DNA of 64,000 nt, taken from assembly GCA_026770705.1 (NCBI GenBank), contig JANJGN010000021.1, positions 30,132,001 through 30,196,000 of the forward strand, given 5' to 3'. Below, piece after piece: positions 24,676 to 37,828 of this stretch (the stretch's first letter is position 1; every line of letters starts with the position of its first letter). This stretch comes from Isurus oxyrinchus (taxonomy: Eukaryota). The position numbers were made by a program, and so were the translations under genes. The notes under the pieces were generated by a model. The model was not told where the DNA came from. It worked only from the letters and a program-made list of their open reading frames with translations, and did not search any database.

Positions 24676-25664
24676 ATCCTGCTCTCCTAGTTGAAAGATG
24701 AAGTTTGGCTCTAGGAGGTGTCTGACAAGGTGAATGAAGAACAAATATGTATTAATATAGTTTCTTTCACAACCAATTAAGCATTTTTGAAGTATTATCA
24801 TAGTTGTAATTAATGTAAGAAACATGGCAGCCAGTTTGCGCACAGCAAGATCCCACACATAGCATCATAAATTACCAGATTTTCCAGTTTAGGTTATTTG
24901 ATGTTTGCCAGGAAAAGAAAATCAGGCCAGGTTTAAAATAAGCATCTGATTCACTATCACCTGTTTCTTTGCCCCACAATAAAAGTTGAAATTATCCCTG
25001 CTGTTGTCAGCAGAGGAGGAGTTAAAAAGTTTAATGGAGAAGAACTGGCATTGTCAGCCTTATACTAAGCCAAATTATTGCAGTAGTCAGCTAAATGATC
25101 ATCTAGATTTTGTAGATGACAGTTTATGTCAGCTGGATTTGATTTGAAGAATGTATTGTGGGAAAACATTGGTGGTAGCAGCCTGAGCTTGCCTGGTGTG
25201 CAGTTGTTTCATGCCATCACCATCAAAGCATTGCATTTCCTTTGCATGTTGTGGCAAACACAAACATGTTTTCACCATTCCACATCTAAAGAAATTACAA
25301 CACTGCCCTATCATAGTCCAAAAACCCTTAGGATGAATATCTTCCCACCTGCATTGCCGGTGTCTTACTTGAAATGTTCTTTATTAAGTAGTTCCTTTTG
25401 ATTTGTGGCTTAAAGTATTTGCATTTGTGGGGCCTTTCATTTCTTAAAGCATTTCAGAGCCAACAAATTACTTTTAAAGCACATTCACTGTTACTTTGAA
25501 GGCAAATGAAGCAGTCAATTTTTACAAACAAAATTCTACACTCAAGAAAAAGGAGCGGTTAATCTGTTTTGGTTATGGGATGAGTGTTGGTTAGGATACC
25601 AGGAGAACTCCAAACTATCCTTTGGAAAAAGTCTACCTAAAAAGGCACAGAATATCTATAATTA

Positions 25665-26655
25665 TGAGGTTTATAAGATTGTTTTGTTTTAGGACTGTCT
25701 TTAATTTAAGGTAAAATGAATGTTCTGAAATCTGCCTGACAGCAAGCCTGGGTAATTTGATTGTTAGAGATTAAAGGGGGCCCAGAGTGTTTTACTGGGA
25801 AAAAGATGCAAGGTGTTTACATTTGGAGGTTTTGGCCTGTGTGCTAACAGTGGATCTCCAAGGTCCCAGAAAAATGTTGAGAAAGTTGGGTTGTAAACAC
25901 TTGTGCTTTAACCTGTCCATTTACTTCCAAGATAAAAGAGAGTTGGAGTCTCAAGGATGGCTAATCAGCATCTATACCTGGATACAAGGCCCATGTAATT
26001 CACTTTGGTGAACCTCATGGTGGTTGATAGGCTTTGAGGTGGGAAGGGTGCTGAAGAAGCCATTGTGATATCAGGTTAGAGGCTTTCCTAAAACATCACT
26101 GACTATCGCAGACAGGTTAATCTGCCAGGATCCAGGAGAAGAAGAGTAGCCAAAAGCAGCAAGACATTGTGATTCATTGCACAGGAATGCGGGCGGGAGC
26201 TGATGCTCAGATCAGAAAGACTAGATTCATGAGGAGTTAAAATGAGGCAGGAAGATTTGCTTTTAGCTTTATCTAGAGAAAGAAGTCTCCAGGAAAACTT
26301 GCATGGTGAGATGCAGTTCTGGAGTTAAAAGTTTCCAGGCTGGGAAAGGAAAAGATTGGAAGTAAATCCTCAGGAGCTAAGACTGATTTTGGATTGATTC
26401 TGTGAGAATTGAATGTCTACTTAAAGGACATCATAAAGTATTCCTGTGAAGTGCATTTTTTCAGTGTGCTATAAAGGGAGAAGTTCTGTATTGTGTTTTA
26501 AAGTATAAGTTGCCTACAAAAATAGTGTTTAGTCAATAGTGTTTTAGTTGGTGTTACAGTAGAAATCTTAAAACATCAAATTGTGTCATCCTTTCGGCTA
26601 TTAACTGGAAGTTCAAATTTCTTTTAAAGTTAACAATCTCTACAGGAATCGCAAA
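25665..26655 (+). mobile_element. Probable solo LTR (unrelated family)
   Basis: About 1 kb non-coding block with LTR-like composition; boundaries uncertain. Confidence 0.35.
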
Positions 26656-26719
26656 TGTCTTGTTGGTAGAACTCCCTCAGTATCATACTGAAAAGTCAAC
26701 CAAATTATGTGTTCAATCA

Positions 26720-26842
26720 CAAACAAAAAACAAAAAATGCTATAAAAGTTCAGCAGGTCTGTGCAGGCAGCATCTGTGGAGAGAGAAATGGAGTTAATCT
26801 TTCAAGTATGATTCTCTTTCAGAACTCAGTTCTGAAGAAGAT
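26720..26842. mobile_element. Older Penelope-type palindromic remnant
   Basis: cagcaggtctg..gcagcatctgtggagagagaaatggagttaa is related to 52210-52300; central palindrome ttcagaact-c-agttctgaa. Confidence 0.6.
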
Positions 26843-26909
26843 ATGTGCTCAATTATGTTGTGTTGGAACCTGAATGTACAACTTTGTGAGGTGACTGCTG
26901 TTACATTAG

Positions 26910-27630
26910 TTACAACAGCAACAACTTGCATCTATCAAGTGGCTTTTAACATAGTAAAACATCCCAGATGCTTCACTGGACCATTATTGGACAAAAAAGA
27001 CTCATCTCACCATAAAAGGAAACATTAGGACAGGAAACCCAAAGCTTGACTAAAGAGGTAGGTTTTAAAGAGCATCTTAAAGGTGGTAAAAAAGATGGAG
27101 AGGGCTTATGGAGCGAATTCCAGAGATTAGGGCTTAGATAGATGTTGGCACAGCTGCCAGTAGTGTCAAGAATGAAGTGGGAAATGCATAAGAGGCCATA
27201 GAGAAACACAGAGTTCTTGGAGCGTTTTAGAACTGAAGGAGTTTAAAGAACAAGGGTCTGCAGAGCAATTTCAAAAGGAGGATGATAATTTTAAAATCGA
27301 GGCATTGGTGGATCATGAGCCATGGTGGTTCAGCAAGCATGGGGGTGATGGGTGGATGGGACTTGGTGCAATTTAGAATACATGCAACAGAGTTTTGACT
27401 GAGCTTCAATTTATAAAAGTTGGAAGGAGGAATACTGGCCAGGAGAGCAGTGGAATTGTTGAGTCTGGAGGTAACAGAAGTATGGATGAAGATTTCAGCA
27501 GCAGACAAGGTAGGGTCAGAGATGGGCAGTATTATGGAGGGAGAAGTAGATGGTCTTGGTGATTGACTGGATATGGAGTCAGGAGCTCAGCTCAGGATTC
27601 AAAAAGGCTCCGATGTTGTGAACTGTTTCA
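26910..27630 (-). mobile_element. L2-type LINE RT C-terminal fragment
   Basis: AAEIFIHTSVTSRLNNSTALL...KLKLSQNSVACIL...HPPITPMLAEPPWL...DFKI (ORF 27227-27508). Confidence 0.85.
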
Positions 27631-28166
27631 CACTGTGTTTTAATACAATTTTGCCCAGCACTTTCTCCCCTGATGTTTTAAACGTATTTATCACTTTATG
27701 AGATTGGTTTTACTGCTTCAGAATTTGAAAAACAAAGAATATCACATTAAGTTATATAGAATCAACCCAACATGTCGTAATGTAGAGATAGGCTGGCAAA
27801 GCAGGGACAAAGGTTAAATGAACACAATTAGGAGGAAAAGTTGACATGTTTGAGGGGGTCATTGTCATTGCATTTGTGCAGTGCTATACCACATGATTTC
27901 AGGACTTTTTAAAAGCTGTTAGTTTCCTTATGTCCTGTAAATAAATCATGTGTCCATAAAAGTACATCACTTGCATTTTACAAAATTACATTAACAATCC
28001 CTGTACACATGCGCTCGCTCACGCGTGCCTTCATTCCTTCTCCATAGAGGAAAAGAATAGTATCGAGTGTGTGTGTTGTAGATATGAAATTGGGAGAAAC
28101 AAATAAAAGCAATAAACATCATGGTTCATTTGCAGTAATGGACTCTGCATTATAAAAGAGAATTGA

Positions 28167-28303
28167 GGTTTGGCCTAAATAGTCAAGTGGTTATGGTACT
28201 GGGTTTGTAACCCCAAGATCAAGAGTTCAAATCTCACAATGGCAAACGATGAAACAATGTTACAAAGATGAAAGAGTTACAAAGGAGCAAGTGCTCAAAA
28301 GAG
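28167..28303 (+). mobile_element. Short tRNA-derived SINE with 17-bp TSD
   Basis: A-box TAGTCAAGTGG (~28180), B-box GAGTTCAAATC (~28223); flanked by ttataaaagagaattga (28150-66 and 28304-20). Confidence 0.85.
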
Positions 28304-28901
28304 TTATAAAAGAGAATTGAAGTCAATTAACTGAAATGAGTTAAAGACTGCCGGCAACCATTACTGTTTACATAACATTTAAAGCAATGAAAACTATTTG
28401 TTCAGGGTTTTAAAATGCTTAGCAATTGTCAAAACGAACAAAAATGCACAGATCTACCAATAACATTTTTTACTTCAGCAAACACTCCCTTCTCATTCAG
28501 ACCTGAATTGTAAATCCATCATGTAGGGAAAAGTCTTCCAAATGCAACATTCTTTTACCAAAAACTCACGGAATTAAAAACCCGTAGAGAATATGCACCA
28601 TCGTTGTACTTTAAGAGTAACTACCAAGGATACTCTGGTTCTGTGCATGTTCATATTTCCTAAAACATGTGATGTTCTTTTATCTTTTTGGCTCGGTTAC
28701 CTAGGGATTCTGTAGGGATAGGCGTATTGTGAAAATTAAAAGTTTTAATGTTTCACATGTTGCTTCAATGGCCTAAAATATATTACAAGCTTCATCACAG
28801 CAAATAATAACAACTCCATCAAGCAGAGCCACATTTAGAATAAACTATTAGATTTTTGGGACAGAATTTTTTAATAAAATGGATTTCAAATGCAACTTAT
28901 A

Positions 28902-31173
28902 GGGCGGAATTTCCCATGGTGGAGACCGGTGGTGGACAGGATAGTCGGCATGATTCCCGCTGGGCGGTGGGGCAAGTGAATACGTGCAATCTTCCGCTTT
29001 TGAGCTTATTCCTTATACATCTGCGAGGAGCTTGGTGAATTTTGTGGCGAAATGGGCAGGATGTCTCACACCCTGCCATTACCTCATGGAGTTAAAGGTC
29101 CTGGCGCCATATTTAAATGGCGCCTAGACAGATATTCATTCACTGCAGGCCAGGAGCTCCGCACTACTCCTCCAGAGCCCTTCTGGCTGCAGCTCGTACT
29201 GGAGAAGTTTGCAAATGCGAGTAACCACCTCTAACATTGCCTTTCGCACATTTCTAAATAAGAGCAGCACCAGTGATTGTGTTTGGGCCAATGCTCGTCA
29301 TTGCAGTGGCCTCTGTTCGTCAGCATCTTGACCTTGTCGAGGCCCCACTGCCTATTCCTGCTTGGGCCCATGCTCCTCATGGTCCTGTGTCGACTGGATG
29401 AGAACCATTATGAAGGCAGGGTTGCCTGCAGCCTGCACCATCAGCTCCTCCAGTGGATCTGTGAACGAATTGAAGTGAAACATTAAGTGAGCATGTCCTT
29501 CACAGGTTTCCTTCCATCCCAAAGCCAGCAGGCAAGTGCCAAGCCCTTCACCTGGCCTCTGTCTAGATATGGCATCTTACCACACCCCTTCGAGGTGAAG
29601 AACATCCTGGAGGACCAGAGATGGGTGTTCCTCCTGTTCATACATGAACGTGTATAGAGACATTGACCAGGGTGATGAGAGAAACCTCACTCAGACACTT
29701 TTCCGCTTGTCTCCACTACCCTCGAAACTCTACAGAGAGACCATTGCCTTGGCAGCATAGAAAGACTAGCCAGATGATCCCTTGTCAGCCAGGATCTTTC
29801 ACCCGGGAAGAGGAAGGTTTGGAGTCACAAGTTGACTGCCCTCCACCAGCCATGCCCTTGGAGGTATTCCATCTCCCTCCCTCCCTCTTATCCTTCACCC
29901 CTGCCTCTGACTGCAGCCAATGTTAAATGGCACAGAATAAACAGCAGCTCCACACCTTGCTGGGAGCTCGATGTTAAAAGATCCATGAGTTGGGAACAAA
30001 CCTGCATTGTGGACTTCACCATAGAGAAGAACACAACTGAGCACCTTTGATGTCCCTCAATTTTAGGGTGTTCCTTTAAACAGCCACTCTTGCTGACCTT
30101 GAACTACACCCACCTGCAAAGACCCTCCTCCTGCCTCCAGGGATCTCACACTGAATAACTGCGTGGTCAAGTTCACTTTGGAAAAATGGTGCACGTTACG
30201 TTCCAGACTCACTCCATTACCTTCTACACTTCCACTGTCACCCACCAACTTCTAATCATCCCCTTAGACCTGCTCAATTTCACCATTCTTCTCCCCTCTG
30301 TCTCCCTTGAAACTCACCCTGTTACCCTGGACTCTTATCATGATCCACCTCCACATGTCTTTCCTCCCCTCAGAGCTAACACCCATTCCCACCCCCTGCC
30401 CACCCTGACCCTGCCCCCATGCCCCCACCCTGTCTGAGCCATCTGTCTGGTCCCCCTCTGTGACCCGCCTGATCAGACCTTCACTACCAGACTCTCGAGC
30501 TGGACCTGCCTCCCTGTGGCATCCCACTACTCCCTCTGACTGTGACTGTTCCCTCCTATCACCAGTACCCTGAGTTCTCTCCCCAGAACCCCACCGTCGA
30601 CACCATCAACCCCAGCACTGACCCCACCCTGTCAAACACTTTTTATTCTCACTCTCCGCACCATTCCTATGTAAGCCTGCCTCCTGTCCACCCTTTCACC
30701 CTACCCCCCATCCATCCTTTCCAGCCTTCACTTGCCTCCCTTGTCCAGCCTTGGCGTAGTGTTTGCTGATGGCACTCGAGTAAAGTTATGCGAGGTCCCC
30801 AAGAAAGAGAAAGCAACATCTACAAACTTCAAGGTTGTGGAAGAAGTGAAGCTCTTCAGGTGCACGCTACTTATTTTTAACTGTAAAACTGAATGTTCTA
30901 AATTCTCGCTAGCAGGGAATTTAATTTGGAAGATGAACCAAATCCTGATGAGGTGGCCTTTTAATTAGTATGCATGAAATGCTAATGAATGCAAATAGGG
31001 TTCCTGATATTGTTCGTTGGGGAAACTTGACCTGTCTTTAACCCGCCTTGAAAGTCGAGAGGACAAATTTGCAGTTTATCCCGCCGTCGGGAAACAGATT
31101 TTTTGCCTCCTGTTAAATTAAGTGCATCAGCCTACTAGGATTTCCGCCATTAGCGGGAATTGAAAATTCCGGC
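28902..31173. mobile_element. Decayed Harbinger-like DNA transposon remnant
   Basis: Termini gggcggaattt / aaaattccggc resemble the TIRs of 38648-42820; internal C-rich low-complexity stretch at about 30190-30750; no intact ORF. Confidence 0.5.
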
Positions 31174-31906
31174 TGTAAAGGGCCGGTTAGTGGGGGGTGG
31201 GGGGGATGGTGGGACAGGAAACATGCTCAGTGCCAACTAACAGTCCATTAAACTCCTAAGGAAGCTTGTTAAGGAGCCCGTCCAGTGGAGAATACAGTTT
31301 TCAACGATAAATTATGCGAACCTGAACAGTCTGGTGCATGGGGTCATTTAAAGTCTGGGGCCAGTTAAAGTTTATTTGTCTTTGCTTTTTTTTTACCTCT
31401 CTTTCCGGAACCTACTTGGACCACTTAAAGCGTTCTTCCTTCATGACCCCTTTCCAGCCCCATCCATGCTGCTGGCCCATGAGGAGCTGCCTGCCCTCTA
31501 TGGCAAGGCAATGGCAGCTGCCAACATGGCTGCTGCCTGCTTGCTGGCACTAGGCAGCTCCAGCCTCCTGGAGACACAAGGCCCCTCTAATTGGGCACTG
31601 AGCTCGCCTCCTGGCCAATTAAGTTATTTGAATCTAACAATGGTGTTGTGAGATTGACCCAGGTCAGGCACAGGGTAGATATCTGGAATTCATCTGGGCG
31701 TCGAGTTCTCAGCCATGCTTTGAAAACCTGGCCCGTACAATCTAATGATTCACTTGTATTTTTTTCAAGCCATCATGGAGTGTAAAGCTGAGATCAAGAG
31801 AAGATCCACTTTTGTACAAGGATATTGTCTTTCGATCCATAGGATTTTTGTATTTTCCAGTATTTGCATATTATTTCTGTTGCTGCGTGCCAATATTAAA
31901 ATGCTG

Positions 31907-32446
31907 AGCAGGATTTTCCTTTGTGGTGTGGGTCCCAACCCCACACCATGGGAAGAATTTTCCCGTTCGCGAGTGGAGGTGAGACCTGCTCGCTGATCGT
32001 AAAATGACGCGGGATAACGTCAGGTGGAACTCCAGACATCACTCTGCATCATTTCCATTTTCAGGTCAGCGGGGGCACAACCAAGTCAGCTGCGCGCCCG
32101 CCAACCTGTCAATGGCGTATTGAGGCCATTGAAAAACTAACCATGACTATGGCTGCCAGTCCACCATTGTGGAGTGGGAGCTTCTCCACAGGTTGGCCTG
32201 TGACCTCAGCTGTAACTAGGTAGATATGGCAGCCACAGGGCGGGGAGGGTGCAGTTCCCACCAGAAAAATTCCAGTCATCCAGTCAACAGCATTAATTGG
32301 CTCCTGAATTGAGTTAACATGCTGCCCACCGCTTGCAAGTGGATAGCCAATCCACATCCTGCCCTGCTTCTAGGAAAGTTGCCTGGGATCTGGCCCAGTG
32401 GACAATGGAGAACCGGCGCGCTGATTGGAGTCAGGAAATTCCACCC
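31907..32446. mobile_element. Harbinger-like MITE
   Basis: Termini gagcaggattttcc / ggaaattccaccc; subterminal sequence resembles the 38648 element. Confidence 0.45.
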
Positions 32447-33013
32447 CTGCCTGACTCCATATTGGCACCAGAATCCTGCCCAGTTAGTAATTTTTCATTT
32501 GGGACTCTAATGCTGCATAGCTCGCCCATTATATTTGGATTTAATGTGAACATTTCAGGTCTGTAGTAGTTAACTATGAGGCTGTCTTGTCAATCATAAT
32601 AGCACTGAGTAGTTTTCGTGATAAAGATGGCAGAGCAAGGACAGTTCCAGCACAACATACTTGTCCAGATGGTTCTATTACAGAGTGTCAACCATTCAAC
32701 ATTTGCACAGATAAATACTGGTATCTCTGGGAGTAATTTTGACTCTGTAACAATTGTAAAATAAGTGATAGCGAATTGGCAGCCTTATTTACTTCTCTCA
32801 GGAGAGGTGTAAAACAGGCTGCCACTTTACTACCACCTGTTTAACACTATCGCACTAAATCAAAATTAACTCCTATTTGGTTTAAATGGTACTCCTGAAC
32901 TGATTAGCCTAGTGAGACCTCCCACTATTCCACTCCCATCCTATTCTAGTCAAGATGCCAGAACTGGATTTCATTCAATAAAATTTAACAGTTGGTGTTT
33001 AATTGGACTCTGT

Positions 33014-33605
33014 GGGCAGAGTTTTGTCTCGTGGGCAGGCAAGTGCCCAACCTGATCAGGTGTGAAGACATTGAGTGAGCGCTTCGATGTTATCGCCTAG
33101 TTGCGTGATATTTCGCTCAGTGAACACACGCAAAAGTCGGAAGCGCCCCCGCCAACAATTAAGCGGGCAATTAAGCCCATTAATGGCGCAATTGTCTTCG
33201 ATTTTTCGTGGCCTGTCCACCCTTATGGTTGACAGACGGGCGAATCAGCCAGGCAGACTTTACATTTATCATCAAACCTCATCCAAGGGCAGGATGAGAT
33301 TTCCGTTGTGAAATTAAAAAAAAATACAAATCTGTGGACGGCGTATTTATCAGGTATGTTTTCGGGTGCTTGATTGTTATGCATGGGCGTTTATAAAACT
33401 TTATTTGAAGATTTTCAGGTCTGCAGCTCCCTGAGGTCTCTGCCTGCCTTCAGGGAGCTTTCTCACAGCGCTCACACACACCCACAGAAATGTCATCATC
33501 CGCCCTCTTCCTGCCCCCACCTCAGCAGTGCTGAGCTTCTCAGTGCGCTTTTCATGCTGGCTGGCCCATCGATCGCTCACACCCACCAAGGGTAAAACTG
33601 AGGCC
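33014..33605 (+). mobile_element. Harbinger-derived MITE related to 38648-42820
   Basis: Left gggcagagtttt versus gggcagaatttt; right caccaagggtaaaact versus caccaagggtaaaatt; shared subterminal attaag.ggc.a.ttaag.ccc block. Confidence 0.7.
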
Positions 33606-35834
33606 TGTGGTTCATGTTTATTGTTGGATAGGTTTAACGAGATAGCGAGGTCATATTGATAACTTTCCTGTTTTATGAGGGAGAGTTAATGTTTAAAACC
33701 TTTTGGTTTTTGTCAAACCCAAATGTCAATAATCTCATGATAGGAAGATTAGTTTTTTCTTTGTCCCCACAAGCATACACTGGAAGTCAGTTATCAGAGA
33801 ACTACCTGTGGCAGGCAGCCATGCTAATAAATCGTTATCCCTCGGGAGGGAGGGCAGCCATACATTGCAAACTGCCATGTAAGCGATACAGTAACATTCT
33901 CGTGACGCTGTGATGCATTCTGATGTGAATAGCCTCATCCGAGCGCTTATCAAGTACAAAACATTGCAAAGACTTTTGGATACTGTTTTATATTTAGATA
34001 GTGGTTTAAGTGGCTCCTACTTGCTTTGAAACTGATTTGCATAGGAATACCTTTGAAATGATATTCTGTGTAAAGACAGTGATCGGCATTTGAAAAAACA
34101 AACTGGAATAACCACATGTAAAGTAATCAACCACATCACACAAATAGACAATAAAAATATGTAGAATTTTTTATGACCTAGATTGTACCAAAACACCTAT
34201 TTATCATGTTTTACTGTTTTTAAAGTCTTTAGGCAAAAATATTTAGTAAATATGGTCAGTGAGGTAACCAGCACTGTCATAGAAAACACACCAGGCACTG
34301 ATTAGTATTACTAATAAAGTTTATATTACATTTTGGCAAGGAATAGGATAAATCCAAAATAAGTTTTAAAAAAAAGTTAGCACCAGTAACAATTGATCCA
34401 TGTTATAGCATCTTTACCATTCGGAGACATCTTAAGGCATTTGGCAGTGGAGCCCCAATGAAATGTGCCATAAAGTGATCGGAAACTGCCACCTAAGTTC
34501 CTGCCCTATCAATGAGGAACAGGTTTAGGGTCAAGGCTAAGTAACTCCCACAGGGCTGGAGAGAAACGCCTGCACCTCTGATTCTCAGCTCGCATGGGTC
34601 CACTCAGTGATGTTGGTAGCGCCCACTTCCAGTCTAATCCATGGGATATAATACAGGACAGAAACAAATAAGATAGCTGAGAACATTTTAACTTGCCAAG
34701 ATGAATTTCCAACCATCTCAATAAAGTCTTAATGTGAGAATAATTACTTTTTTAACCTGAGCATGATTGAATAAAGGCTCCATAGTGTGATAGGGGCCAA
34801 TGAAAGCTGGCCTTATAAAGCAGTAAGACTTCCTGCTGTATTTTTTTTTAGCAAACGAGTTAATATGCAAGTTTCTATTTTAATGAACCAAATATTTCTA
34901 TCCATCTTGCTCTGTCAGCTTAATTGTTTTGCATTGAGAAGCCAAGCTTTCCAGTCGGACTGCTGTGGGTTCAAATGTCAGTATTTTCTGTCCTTTCAAC
35001 CTGCTTATTACCATGAAGGTGAGGCTTATACATTCTTGACTTGCCTGCTGGGCAAGAGCCTCTGCCAGCCACCTGATGTGTCTGAACAAAGAAAAAACAC
35101 AAGGCTGAGAAAAATAAATAAATGGTGACTCATCATCAACCTGAACACTAACCAATTATATTAATACCAAAGCCAGGCATCAATGCCCTTCTCCAAAGGG
35201 ATCTGGACAGTGTGCATCACCTCAGCATGCTTGCTGCACTGTTTTGACTGCAGGGATGGAGAATGTACAGTGTTCCATTGCAGGCATTTGCAAATGGATA
35301 TATTTAAAAACCACACCAGTTCACAAAGATTACTAGATAAATGGGATGCAACAATGGTTATCATTCGTGGTACTTACTTGAAAATTACCTTCACTTTTAA
35401 ACACAGGGGGGCAACAAAAAACTAGATATAAACTGCAGCCACAGGCAGAAAAGAATGCACTGTGCTTTTCACTTAGGCGCTTAGAGAATGCTTTATCTTT
35501 ATCAAAATATCTATAATAATAATATGAAGTTTGTTGTCTGTCCGCACTTTTCTGATTGGTCAGTGGGTTAAATTGGTAAGTGGAGTCAGCACTCAGCAGA
35601 AAGTTTTCCATTTTCCACTGTGATGAGGGTGGTTATGGAAATGTAAACATTTTTTTAGGAATTAGATTTGACTCCAAATGAGAAATTAGGCATGCAGGGG
35701 ATATGTTCAAGATTTCACACGTACAGTCAGAGCCGGAGGCGAGTTTAGTATACAATCAAAAATTTGGCCATTAATCTACCTTAGCAACAATAAAACACAT
35801 GTAGCACAAGCCAGGTAAAATAAAAAAAAACCTC

Positions 35835-36155
35835 TATCCTTACAGTCAGAATTTGAAATTGATGATCCCTCATCATTGACCGCAAACTGAAAGAAATGGT
35901 CTTTCTCCCTGTCCCCTATACTAAAATCCTTGATGATTTTAAAATCCTTCAGTAAATTTTCTCTTAGCCTTCTCTGCTGTTGTGGAATTAGTCCCAGTAA
36001 CTCAAACCTCTTATCATAATTATAGTTTCCCAATCCTGGGACCATTCTGATTAATCTGCAGTTGTAGTCCCTAGGGCTTTAACATCCCTTCTATATATCA
36101 CCCAAATCTGCATACAGTGCTCTTAATGATGACCTCACCAATGCTTTGTACATAT
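35835..36155 (-). mobile_element. CR1 LINE fragment
   Basis: MVPGLGNYNYDKRFELLGL...QQRRLRENL (ORF 35776-36045). Confidence 0.75.
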
Positions 36156-36698
36156 TTATTAGATTCAAACTGGTGAAGGACAAACATAGCACTTAGTTCA
36201 GGAAAAGATTTCTTCAACCAAAGAATAATGAGCACTTGGAATAAAGGTTCAAGAACATTTCATAGCAGAGGTGCAAGTCATACAAGAGCATGTTGAATGG
36301 GGTGACAAGTGGAGTTTTTTTATTCTTTCATGGAATGTGGGCCAGCATTTTTTTTTGCCAATTGCTCTTCCTCTTGGATGAATGAAGGATAATAGGATGA
36401 TTGGTCTTCCTCATCTGTCGTCACCTTGTGATCCTACATAGAAAATATTAAAACAATAATCTCCTATCAAGTAATCATTTTTGAATGAAATGTATTTTTC
36501 CTCCCTAGGAGAGATTTGCCAGCCTTGTCTCTACACATAGCAAAACAAAAGTCTCACAGCTGATGAAAGCTGCAAAGTAAAACAATTTTTTCAGTCTGGG
36601 AGCCGAGTGTAGGCAGTTGATGAAATTAAATTTCAGCATTGCTCCCCAGACTTACTTTCTCATTAAGTAACACGCAGTCTTCTTCATTTAGCCATGTT

Positions 36699-36708
36699 AT
36701 GGCGGAAG
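36699..36708 (+). CDS. TMEM54: TMEM54/KRTCAP3-family gene, proximal alternative first coding exon (MAE-)
   Basis: gttATG GCG GAA G|gtgggt with strong Kozak context and phase 1, giving MAEDNLLDRK. A possible acceptor tttttcctccctag lies at 36508. Confidence 0.5.
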
Positions 36709-36880
36709 GTGGGTCAGCATTGTGTGATAGAAGATCATATACGAATATGAATAAGAAAAGTCATTTGGCTCCTCACATCACTGCATCCAAGTGCTTTTCA
36801 AAAGTGAGGAATGCCTAATGTGTGTACATTTCCTTATCGTTTTTACATTTCACAAGTATTTCCATTTCTTTGTGTTTCAG

Positions 36881-37065
36881 ATAATCTGTTGGATAGAAAG
36901 CAGTTGATGAAAGTAGGAATCGCCTTAATTATAACTGGACATTTAAACTTCATTCTGGGAGCAGTTATCCATGGCACAGTCCTGCGACATGTCACTTTGC
37001 CAGGAGATGGCATTTCTGTTGAATATTCTGTTACCACCATTATGTCTGCAATCTCAGGAATACTG
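36881..37065 (+). CDS. TMEM54: TMEM54/KRTCAP3 (BCLP family) exon 2
   Basis: tttcag|..NLLDRKQLMKVGIALIITGHLNFILGAVIHGTVLRHV...EYSVTTIMSAISGIL|gtacta, with the family motif GH.N...GA..HGTVLRHV. TMEM54 versus KRTCAP3 orthology is unresolved. Confidence 0.93.
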
Positions 37066-37152
37066 GTACTATCAACTAGCTTTTCAAACATCTGGATGTG
37101 TTTTATTCAAACTTGAAGGAATATGCTTAGGCTTTAGAATGATGCTAAATGC

Positions 37153-37828
37153 TATTATGACACAGCCGATGATAAGGGCTGAGTTGTTCAAATCTGAAGG
37201 AAACCTGAAACAACTGTCATAATCCATTTTTGCAATTTGTATGTTTCGAGATGCAGGTTTTGAATTCACTAGTAATAAAACCACCAAGTCTCCAGTGGTT
37301 TTTTATAAAACTAAATTAAACATTTATTAATACAAGAAAAATTATAAGCACATACATATGTCTACAAAATTACTACTATGGTAACTACAAAAATCCCCCA
37401 ATTAATCTGACTCCCAGTTACACCCTGTTAAGGCAACAATAAAACTCATAGATTTAAAAAGACTCCAGGCAAAGCACATTTGACCGTACGAATTCAAAAT
37501 GAGGTTCCTTGCAGACACAGTTGCAGACACACTGACCTTAAATGCCTCTGCCTTATACACACACAAACTCCTTTCGGCTTTTACCTAGCTTTTTCTTTGA
37601 ATGTAAATTTTCAACAAATGCAAATGTACCCCCTTAACATCTATGTTTTTAAACCTCCCCATGTTTATCTAATTACCATTTTAAACCTACTTCTTTCTAT
37701 GCATCAAAGCACCCAGACTAGCTGGCTTTAATCCAATTAAGACATACACACATATAGACAGACACCACTAAACTCTATTTAAAAAAAATAATTTCCAATA
37801 ACATTATGAACATAATCTCTTCATGACA
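37153..37828 (-). mobile_element. Solo LTR with 4-bp TSD (ATGC)
   Basis: tattatgac...tcatgaca termini; atgc at 37149-52 and 37829-32; homologous to 2531-3400. Confidence 0.75.
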
